A DNA stretch of 43,522 nucleotides from NCBI GenBank assembly GCA_036172245.1, contig JAYWIR010000110.1:124001-167522 (forward strand), in the 5' to 3' direction. Made by a program: the position numbers and the translations under genes. The stretch comes from Raillietiella orientalis. Its lineage: Eukaryota. This document shows positions 1-10,920 of this stretch, piece by piece; position 1 is the stretch's first letter; each line of letters opens with the position of its first letter. The notes under the pieces are model-generated. The model was given only the letters and a program-made list of their open reading frames with translations, did not search any database and was not told where the DNA came from.

Positions 1-361
1 GGTTAAGCACTGTGGTCTCTGTGTCGTCTTTATGGTAACCAGTGTCGGAATTAGAAAGAAGAGGTTTTCCTTCTCTTTGATTCATTATGTGGTCCGAATT
101 TGCAACTTTTGGGGGTTTGGAATTGATTCGAAATCAGCAGATTTCAGCTTTGCACTTTTGCGTTTTTCCACGGAGGTTCCTTTTTCAGCGACCGGAAAAT
201 TCCCTTGATGGATATACGTAGAAACGTACATTTTCGTGGGTTGAGAAGGACATTGAGATGAGTCCGACGTTTCATTAAAGTGGGGAACTGTGGACTCTAT
301 GTCGTTTTGATTGTAACCAGTGTCGGAATTAGAAGGAGAGGTTTTCCTTCCCTTTGATTTA

Positions 362-3300
362 TTATGTGGTCCGAATTTGCAACTTTTGTGGGTTTGGAAT
401 CAATTCCAAACTAGCAGATTTCACCTTTGCACATTTGCGTTTCTTTACGAAGCATACGTTTTTACTGACCGCAAAATTCCTGTGATCGATAGAAGCAAAA
501 ACGTCCATTTTCGTGGGTTCAGAAGGACAGTGAGATGAGCCCGACGTTTCATTAGGGTGGGGCACTGTAGACTCTTTGTCGTTTTCAAGGTAACCAGTGT
601 CGGAATTAGAAAGGAGAGGTTTTCCTTCCCTTTGATTTACTATGTGGTCCGAATTTGCAACTTTTCGGGGTTTGGAATCGATTCGAAATCTGCGGATTTC
701 ACCTTTGCACTTTTGCGTTTTTCCACGGAGGATCCGTTTCCAGTGTCGGGAAAATTCCCGTGATGAATATACGCGCAAACGTGCATTTTCGAGGGTTCAG
801 AAGGACATTGAGATGAGTGCGACGTTTCATTAGGGTGACGCACTGTGGACTCTTTGTCGTTTTCAAGGTAACTAGTGTCGGAATTAAAAAGGAGAGGGTT
901 TTCCTTCCCTTTGATTTATTATGTGGTCCGAATTTGCAGCTTTTCGGGGTTTGGAATCGATTCGAAATCTGCGGATTTCACCTTTGCACTTTTGCGTTTT
1001 TCCACGGAGGATCCGTTTCCAGTGTCGGGAAAATTCCCGTGATGGATATACTCGCAAACGTTTATTTTCGTGGGTTGAGAAGAACATTGAGATGAGTCCG
1101 ACGTTTCATTAGGGTGGGGCACTGTAGACTCTTTGTCGTTTTCAAGGTAACCAGTGTCGGAATTAGGAAGAAGAGGTTTTCCTTCTCTTTGATTCATTAT
1201 GTGGTCCGAATTTGCAACTTTTAGGGGTTTGGAATCGATTCGAAATCAGCAGATTTCACCTTTGCACTTTTTCGTTTTTCCACGGACCTTCCGTTTTCAG
1301 ATACAGGAAAATTCCCTTGATGGATATACGTACAAACGTACGTTTTCGTGGGTTGAGAAGGACATTAAGATGAGTCCGACGTTTCATTAGGGTGGGCCAC
1401 TGTGGACTCTGTGTCGTTTTCATGGTAACCAGTGTCGGAATTAGAAAGAAGGGGCTTTCCTTTTCTTTGATTCATTATGTGGTCCGAATTTGCAACTTTT
1501 AAGGGTTTGGGATCGATTCGAAGTCAGTAGATTTCACCTTTGCACTTTTGCGTTTTTCCACGGATGATCCGTTTCCAGTGTCGGGAAAATTTCCGTGATG
1601 GATATACGCGCAAACGACCATTTTCGTTGGTTCAGAAGGACATTGAGATGAGTCCTACGTTTCATTAGGGTTGGGCACTGTGGACTCTGTGTCGTTTAAA
1701 TGGTAACCAGTGTCGGAATTAAAAAGAAGAGGTTTAACTTCTCTTTGATTCATTCTGTGGTACGAGATTGCTACTTTTGGGGGTTTGGAATCGATTCGAA
1801 ATCTGCAGATTTCACCTTTGCACTTTTGCGCCTCTTCACGAAGCTTACGTTTTCAGTGACCGCGAAATTCCTGTGATGAATAGAAGCATAAACGTCCATT
1901 TTCGTGGGTTCAGAAGGACATTGAGATGAGTCCGACGTTTCATTAGGGTGGGGCACTGTGGACTCTGTGTCGTCTTCATGGTAACGAGTGTCGGAATTAA
2001 AAAGAAGAGGTTTTCCTTCTCTTTGATTCATTCTGTGGTACGAGATTGCATCTTTTGGGGGTTTGGAATCAATTCGAAATCAGCAGATTTCACCATTGCA
2101 CTTTTCGCCTATTCACGGAGCATCCGTTTTCAGTGACCGCAAAATTCCTCTGATGGATAGAAGCACAAACGTCCATTTTCGTGGGTTCAGAAGGACATTG
2201 AGATGAGTCCGACGTTTCATTAGGGTGGGGCACTTTGGACTCTGTGTCGTTTTCATGGTAACCAGTGTCGGAATTAGAAAGAAGGGGCTTTCCTTTTCTT
2301 TGATTGATTATGTGGTCCGAATTTGCAACTTTTGAGGGTTTGGAATCAATTCGAAGTCAGTAGATTTCACCTTTGCAGTTTTGCGTTTTTCCACGGAGGA
2401 TCCCTTTCCAGTGTCGGGAAAATTCCCGTGATGGATATACTCGCAAACGTTTATTTTCCTGGGTTGAGAAGGACATTGAGATGAGTCCGACGTTTCATTA
2501 GGGTGGGGCACTGTTTACTCTTTGTAGTTTTCAAGGTAACCAGTGTCGGAATGAGAAAGGAGAGGTTTTCCTTCTCTTTGATTCATTCTGTGGTACGAGA
2601 TTGCAACTTTTTGGACTTTGGAATCAATTCGAAATCTCCAGATTTCACCTTTGCACTTTTGCGCCTCTGCACGGAGCATCCGTTTTCAGTGACCGCAAAA
2701 TTCCTGTGATGGATAGAAGCACAAACGTCCATTTTCGTGGGTTCAGAAGGACATTGAGTTGAGTCCGACGTTTCATTAGGGTTAAGCACTGTGGTCTCTG
2801 TGTCGTCTTTATGGTAACCAGTGTCGGAATTAGAAAGAAGAGGTTTTCTTTCTCTTTGATTCATTATGTGGTCCGAATTTGCAACTTTTGGGGGTTTGGA
2901 ATTGATTCGAAATCAGCAGATTTCAGCTTTGCACTTTTGCGTTTTTCCACGGAGGTTCCTTTTTCAGCGACCGGAAAATTCCCTTGATGGATATACTTAG
3001 AAACGTACATTTTCGTGGGTTGAGAAGGACATTGAGATGAGTCCGACGTTTCATTAAAGTGGGGCACTGTGGACTCTATGTCGTTTTGATTGTAACCAGT
3101 GTCGGAATTAGAAGGAGAGGTTTTCCTTCCCTTTGATTTATTATGTGGTCCGAATTTGCAACTTTTGTGGGTTTGGAATCAATTCCAAACTAGCAGATTT
3201 CACCTTTGCACATTTGCGTTTCTTTACGAAGCATACGTTTTTACTGACCGCAAAATTCCTGTGATGGATAGAAGCAAAAACGTCCATTTTCGTGGGTTCA

Positions 3301-5641
3301 GAAGGACATTGAGTTGAGTCCGACGCTTCATTAGGGTTAAGCACTGTGGAATCTGTGTCGTCTTCATGGTAACCAGTGTCGGAATTAAAAAGAAGAGGTT
3401 TAACTTCTCTTTGATTCATTCTGTGGTACGAGATTGCAACTTTTGGGGGTTTGGAATCGATTCGAAATCAGCAGATTTCACCTTTGCACTTTTTCGTTTT
3501 TCCACGGAGGATCCGTTTTCAGTGACCGGAAAATTTCCGTGATGGATATACGCACAAACGTACCTTTTCGTGGGTTGTGAAGAACATTGAGATGAGTCCG
3601 ACGTTTCATTAGTGTGGGGCACTGTGGAATCTGTGTCGTTTTCATGGTAACCAGTGTCGGAATTAGAAAGTAAAGGTTTTCCTTTTCTTCGATTCGTTAT
3701 GTGTTCCGAATTTGCAACTTTTGGGGGTTCCGAATCGATTCTAAATCAGCAGATTTCACCTTTGCAATTTTGCGTTTTTCCACGGAGGATCCGTTTTCAG
3801 CGACCAGAAAATTCCCGTGATGTTTACACGCACAATCGTCCATTTCCGTTGCTTCAGAAGGACATTGTGATGAGTCCGACGTTTCATTAGGGTTGGGCAC
3901 TGCGGACTCTGTGTCATTTTGATGGTAACCAGTGTCGGAATTAGAAAGAAAAGGTTTTCCCTCTCTTTAATTCATTATGTGGTCCGAATTTGCAACTTTT
4001 GGGGGTTGGAATCGATTCTAAATCAGCAGATTTCACCTTTGCACTTTTGCGTTTTTCCACGGAGGATCCCTTTTCAGTGACCGGAAAATTCCCGTGATGG
4101 ATATACCCACAAACGTACATTTTCGTTGGTTGTGAAGAACATTGAGATGAGTCAGACGTTCCATTAGTGTGGGCCACTGTGGACTCTTTGTCGTTTTCAT
4201 GGTAACCAGTGTCCAAATTAGAAAGAAGAGGTTTTCCTTCTCTTTGATTCATTATGTGGTCCGAATTTGCAACTTTTAGGGGTTTGGAATCGATTCGAAA
4301 TCAGCAGATTTCACCTTTGCAATTTTGCGTTTTTCAACGGAGGATCCGTTTTCAGCGACCAGAAAATTCCTGTGATGTTTACACGCACAATCGTCCATTT
4401 CCGTTGCTTGAGAAGGACATTGAGATGAGTCCGGCGTTTCATTAGGGTTGGGCACTGCGGACTCTGTGTCATTTTGATGGTAACCAGTGTCGGAATTGGA
4501 AAGAAGAGGTTTTCCCTCTCTTTAGTTCATTATGTGGTCCGAATTTGCAACTTTTGGGGGTTTGGAATCGATTCGAAATCAGCGGATTTCACCTTTGAAC
4601 TTTTGCGTTTTTCCACGGAGTATCCCTTTTCAGTGACCGGAAAATTCCCGTGATGGATATACGCACAAACGTACATTTTCGTTGGTTGTGAAGAACATTG
4701 AGATGAGTCCGACGTTTCATTAGTGTGGGCCACTTTGGACTCTGTGTCGTCTTCATGGTAACCAGTGTCGTAATTAACAAGAAGAGGATTAACTTCTCTT
4801 TGATTCATTCTGTGGTACGAGATTGCAACTTTTGGGGGTTTGGAATCGATTCGAAATCAGCAGATTTCACCTTTGCACTTTTGCGCCTCTTCACGAAGCA
4901 TACGTTTTCAGTGACCGCAAAATTCCTGTGATGAATAGAAGCATAAACGTCCATTTTCGTGTGTTCAGAAGGACATTGAGTTGAGTCCGACGCTTCATTA
5001 GGGTGGAGCACTGTGGACTCTTTGTCGTTTTCATGATAACCAGTGTCGGAATTAGCAAGAAGAGGTTTTCCTTCTCTTTGATTCATTATGTGGTCCGAAT
5101 TTGCAACTTTTGGGGGTTTGGAATCGATTCGAAATCAGCAGATTTCACCTTTGCACTTTTTCGTTTTTCCACGGAGGTTCCGTTTTCAGATACAGGAAAA
5201 TTCCCTTGATGGATATACGTACAAACGTACATTTTCGTGGGTTGAGAAGGACATTAAGATGAGTCCGACGTTTCATTAGGGTGGGGCACTGTGGACTCTG
5301 TGTCGTTTTCATGGTAACCAGTGTCGGAATTAGAAAGAAGGGGCTTTCCTTTTCTTTGATTCATTATGTGGTCCGAATTTGCAACTTTTAAGGGTTTGGG
5401 ATCGATTCGAAGTCAGTAGATTTCACCTTTGCACTTTTGCGTTTTTCCACGGATGATCCGTTTCCAGTGTCGGGAAAATTTCCGTGATGGATATACGCGC
5501 AAACGACCATTTTCGTTGGTTCAGAAGGACATTGAGATGAGTCCTACGTTTCATTAGGGTTGGGCACTGTGGACTCTGTGTCGTTTTCATGGTAACCAGT
5601 GTCGGAATTAGAAAGAAGGGGCTTTTCTTTTCTTTGATTCA
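362..5641. repeat. HOR copy 1 (19 monomers, 5280 bp)
   Basis: 362-~4200 is near-identical to 5642-~9480 at offset 5280 (ORF pairs 557/5837, 817/6097, 2308/7588, 3654/8934). 4530-5920 matches 9809-11199 at offset 5279. Confidence 0.9.
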
Positions 5642-8600
5642 ATATGTGGTCCGAATTTGCAACTTTTGTGGGTTTGGAATCAATTCCAAACTAGCAGATT
5701 TCACCTTTGCACATTTGCGTTTCTTTACGAAGCATACGTTTTTACTGACCGCAAAATTCCTGTGATCGATAGAAGCAAAAACGTCCATTTTCGTGGGTTC
5801 AGAAGGACAGTGAGATGAGCCCGACGTTTCATTAGGGTGGGGCACTGTAGACTCTTTGTCGTTTTCAAGGTAACCAGTGTCGGAATTAGAAAGGAGAGGT
5901 TTTCCTTCCCTTTGATTTACTATGTGGTCCGAATTTGCAACTTTTCGGGGTTTGGAATCGATTCGAAATCTGCGGATTTCACCTTTGCACTTTTGCGTTT
6001 TTCCACGGAGGATCCGTTTCCAGTGTCGGGAAAATTCCCGTGATGAATATACGCGCAAACGTGCATTTTCGAGGGTTCAGAAGGACATTGAGATGAGTGC
6101 GACGTTTCATTAGGGTGACGCACTGTGGACTCTTTGTCGTTTTCAAGGTAACTAGTGTCGGAATTAAAAAGGAGAGGGTTTTCCTTCCCTTTGATTTATT
6201 ATGTGGTCCGAATTTGCAGCTTTTCGGGGTTTGGAATCGATTCGAAATCTGCGGATTTCACCTTTGCACTTTTGCGTTTTTCCACGGAGGATCCGTTTCC
6301 AGTGTCGGGAAAATTCCCGTGATGGATATACTCGCAAACGTTTATTTTCGTGGGTTGAGAAGAACATTGAGATGAGTCCGACGTTTCATTAGGGTGGGGC
6401 ACTGTAGACTCTTTGTCGTTTTCAAGGTAACCAGTGTCGGAATTAGGAAGAAGAGGTTTTCCTTCTCTTTGATTCATTATGTGGTCCGAATTTGCAACTT
6501 TTAGGGGTTTGGAATCGATTCGAAATCAGCAGATTTCACCTTTGCACTTTTTCGTTTTTCCACGGACCTTCCGTTTTCAGATACAGGAAAATTCCCTTGA
6601 TGGATATACGTACAAACGTACATTTTCGTGGGTTGAGAAGGACATTAAGATGAGTCCGACGTTTCATTAGGGTGGGGCACTGTGGACTCTGTGTCGTTTT
6701 CATGGTAACCAGTGTCGGAATTAGAAAGAAGGGGCTTTCCTTTTCTTTGATTCATTATGTGGTCCGAATTTGCAACTTTTAAGGGTTTGGGATCGATTCG
6801 AAGTCAGTAGATTTCACCTTTGCACTTTTGCGTTTTTCCACGGATGATCCGTTTCCAGTGTCGGGAAAATTTCCGTGATGGATATACGCGCAAACGACCA
6901 TTTTCGTTGGTTCAGAAGGACATTGAGATGAGTCCTACGTTTCATTAGGGTTGGGCACTGTGGACTCTGTGTCGTTTAAATGGTAACCAGTGTCGGAATT
7001 AAAAAGAAGAGGTTTAACTTCTCTTTGATTCATTCTGTGGTACGAGATTGCTACTTTTGGGGGTTTGGAATCGATTCGAAATCAGCAGATTTCACCTTTG
7101 CACTTTTGCGCCTCTTCACGAAGCTTACGTTTTCAGTGACCGCGAAATTCCTGTGATGAATAGAAGCATAAACGTCCATTTTCGTGGGTTCAGAAGGACA
7201 TTGAGATGAGTCCGACGTTTCATTAGGGTGGGGCACTGTGGACTCTGTGTCGTCTTCATGGTAACGAGTGTCGGAATTAAAAAGAAGAGGTTTTCCTTCT
7301 CTTTGATTCATTCTGTGGTACGAGATTGCATCTTTTGGGGGTTTGGAATCAATTCGAAATCAGCAGATTTCACCATTGCACTTTTCGCCTATTCACGGAG
7401 CATCCGTTTTCAGTGACCGCAAAATTCCTCTGATGGATAGAAGCACAAACGTCCATTTTCGTGGGTTCAGAAGGACATTGAGATGAGTCCGACGTTTCAT
7501 TAGGGTGGGGCACTTTGGACTCTGTGTCGTTTTCATGGTAACCAGTGTCGGAATTAGAAAGAAGGGGCTTTCCTTTTCTTTGATTGATTATGTGGTCCGA
7601 ATTTGCAACTTTTGAGGGTTTGGAATCAATTCGAAGTCAGTAGATTTCACCTTTGCAGTTTTGCGTTTTTCCACGGAGGATCCCTTTCCAGTGTCGGGAA
7701 AATTCCCGTGATGGATATACTCGCAAACGTTTATTTTCCTGGGTTGAGAAGGACATTGAGATGAGTCCGACGTTTCATTAGGGTGGGGCACTGTTTACTC
7801 TTTGTAGTTTTCAAGGTAACCAGTGTCGGAATGAGAAAGGAGAGGTTTTCCTTCTCTTTGATTCATTCTGTGGTACGAGATTGCAACTTTTTGGACTTTG
7901 GAATCAATTCGAAATCACCAGATTTCACCTTTGCACTTTTGCGCCTCTGCACGGAGCATCCGTTTTCAGTGACCGCAAAATTCCTGTGATGGATAGAAGC
8001 ACAAACGTCCATTTTCGTGGGTTCAGAAGGACATTGAGTTGAGTCCGACGTTTCATTAGGGTTAAGCACTGTGGTCTCTGTGTCGTCTTTATGGTAACCA
8101 GTGTCGGAATTAGAAAGAAGAGGTTTTCTTTCTCTTTGATTCATTATGTGGTCCGAATTTGCAACTTTTGGGGGTTTGGAATTGATTCGAAATCAGCAGA
8201 TTTCAGCTTTGCACTTTTGCGTTTTTCCACGGAGGTTCCTTTTTCAGCGACCGGAAAATTCCCTTGATGGATATACGTAGAAACGTACATTTTCGTGGGT
8301 TGAGAAGGACATTGAGATGAGTCCGACGTTTCATTAAAGTGGGGCACTGTGGACTCTATGTCGTTTTGATTGTAACCAGTGTCGGAATTAGAAGGAGAGG
8401 TTTTCCTTCCCTTTGATTTATTATGTGGTCCGAATTTGCAACTTTTGTGGGTTTGGAATCAATTCCAAACTAGCAGATTTCACCTTTGCACATTTGCGTT
8501 TCTTTACGAAGCATACGTTTTTACTGACCGCAAAATTCCTGTGATGGATAGAAGCAAAAACGTCCATTTTCGTGGGTTCAGAAGGACATTGAGTTGAGTC

Positions 8601-10920
8601 CGACGCTTCATTAGGGTTAAGCACTGTGGAATCTGTGTCGTCTTCATGGTAACCAGTGTCGGAATTAAAAAGAAGAGGTTTAACTTCTCTTTGATTCATT
8701 CTGTGGTACGAGATTGCAACTTTTGGGGGTTTGGAATCGATTCGAAATCAGCAGATTTCACCTTTGCACTTTTTCGTTTTTCCACGGAGGATCCGTTTTC
8801 AGTGACCGGAAAATTTCCGTGATGGATATACGCACAAACGTACCTTTTCGTGGGTTGTGAAGAACATTGAGATGAGTCCGACGTTTCATTAGTGTGGGGC
8901 ACTGTGGAATCTGTGTCGTTTTCATGGTAACCAGTGTCGGAATTAGAAAGTAAAGGTTTTCCTTTTCTTCGATTCGTTATGTGTTCCGAATTTGCAACTT
9001 TTGGGGGTTCCGAATCGATTCTAAATCAGCAGATTTCACCTTTGCAATTTTGCGTTTTTCCACGGAGGATCCGTTTTCAGCGACCAGAAAATTCCCGTGA
9101 TGTTTACACGCACAATCGTCCATTTCCGTTGCTTCAGAAGGACATTGTGATGAGTCCGACGTTTCATTAGGGTTGGGCACTGCGGACTCTGTGTCATTTT
9201 GATGGTAACCAGTGTCGGAATTAGAAAGAAAAGGTTTTCCCTCTCTTTAATTCATTATGTGGTCCGAATTTGCAACTTTTGGGGGTTGGAATCGATTCTA
9301 AATCAGCAGATTTCACCTTTGCACTTTTGCGTTTTTCCACGGAGGATCCCTTTTCAGTGACCGGAAAATTCCCGTGATGGATATACGCACAAACGTACAT
9401 TTTCGTTGGTTGTGAAGAACATTGAGATGAGTCAGACGTTTCATTAGTGTGGGCCACTGTGGACTCTGTGTCGTTTTCATGGTAACCAGTGTCGGAATTA
9501 AAAAGAAGAGGTTTAACTTCTCTTTGATTCATTCTGTGGTACGAGATTGCAACTTTTGGGGTTTGGAATCGATTCGAAATCAGCAGATTTCACCTTTGCA
9601 CTTTTGCGCCTCTTCACGAAGCATACGTTTTCAGTGACCGCAAAATTCCTGTGATGAATAGAAGCACAAACTTCCATTTTCGTGTGTTCAGAAGGACATT
9701 GAGTTGAGTCCGACGCTTCATTAGGGTGGAGCACTGTGGACTCTGTGTCGTTTTCATGATAACCAGTGTCGGAATTAGAAAGAAGAGGTTTTCCTTCTCT
9801 TTGATTCATTATGTGGTCCGAATTTGCAACTTTTGGGGGTTTGGAATCGATTCGAAATCAGCAGATTTCACCTTTGCACTTTTGCGTTTTTCCACGGAGT
9901 ATCCCTTTTCAGTGACCGGAAAATTCCCGTGATGGATATACGCACAAACGTACATTTTCGTTGGTTGTGAAGAACATTGAGATGAGTCCGACGTTTCATT
10001 AGTGTGGGCCACTTTGGACTCTGTGTCGTCTTCATGGTAACCAGTGTCGGAATTAACAAGAAGAGGTTTAACTTCTCTTTGATTCATTCTGTGGTACGAG
10101 ATTGCAACTTTTGGGGGTTTGGAATCGATTCGAAATCAGCAGATTTCACCTTTGCACTTTTGCGCCTCTTCACGAAGCATACGTTTTCAGTGACCGCAAA
10201 ATTCCTGTGATGAATAGAAGCATAAACGTCCATTTTCGTGTGTTCAGAAGGACATTGAGTTGAGTCCGACGCTTCATTAGGGTGGAGCACTGTGGACTCT
10301 GTGTCGTTTTCATGATAACCAGTGTCGGAATTAGCAAGAAGAGGTTTTCCTTCTCTTTGATTCATTATGTGGTCCGAATTTGCAACTTTTGGGGGTTTGG
10401 AATCGATTCGAAATCAGCAGATTTCACCTTTGCACTTTTTCGTTTTTCCACGGAGGTTCCGTTTTCAGATACAGGAAAATTCCCTTGATGGATATACGTA
10501 CAAACGTACATTTTCGTGGGTTGAGAAGGACATTAAGATGAGTCCGACGTTTCATTAGGGTGGGGCACTGTGGACTCTGTGTCGTTTTCATGGTAACCAG
10601 TGTCGGAATTAGAAAGAAGGGGCTTTCCTTTTCTTTGATTCATTATGTGGTCCGAATTTGCAACTTTTAAGGGTTTGGGATCGATTCGAAGTCAGTAGAT
10701 TTCACCTTTGCACTTTTGCGTTTTTCCACGGATGATCCGTTTCCAGTGTCGGGAAAATTTCCGTGATGGATATACGCGCAAACGACCATTTTCGTTGGTT
10801 CAGAAGGACATTGAGATGAGTCCTACGTTTCATTAGGGTTGGGCACTGTGGACTCTGTGTCGTTTTCATGGTAACCAGTGTCGGAATTAGAAAGAAGGGG
10901 CTTTTCTTTTCTTTGATTCA
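5642..10920. repeat. HOR copy 2 (19 monomers, 5279 bp)
   Basis: Same monomer order as copy 1, except that monomers C-D (4252-4807) are replaced by E'-D' (9532-10086). Confidence 0.9.

Noticed and set aside
55..80. Rho-independent terminator (hairpin plus T-rich tail)
   Set aside because: The stem is weak and AT-rich, there is no upstream gene, and the context is eukaryotic satellite. Kept only as a structural finding.
552..675. G-quadruplex from the gggtgggg and ggggg tracts
   Set aside because: Only two adjacent G-runs are present and the next is about 100 bp away, so there is no canonical four-run motif.
747..760. NF-kB/Dorsal-like site gggaaaattccc
   Set aside because: Present only in some subtypes and with no gene context; better explained as a variant of a local quasi-palindrome.
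1622..1638. CENP-B box-like motif (tttcgttggttcagaag)
   Set aside because: It matches only the 5' TTCGTTGG part. It lacks the essential A and CGGG of the nTTCGnnnnAnnCGGGn core, and many monomers read ttcgtggg.
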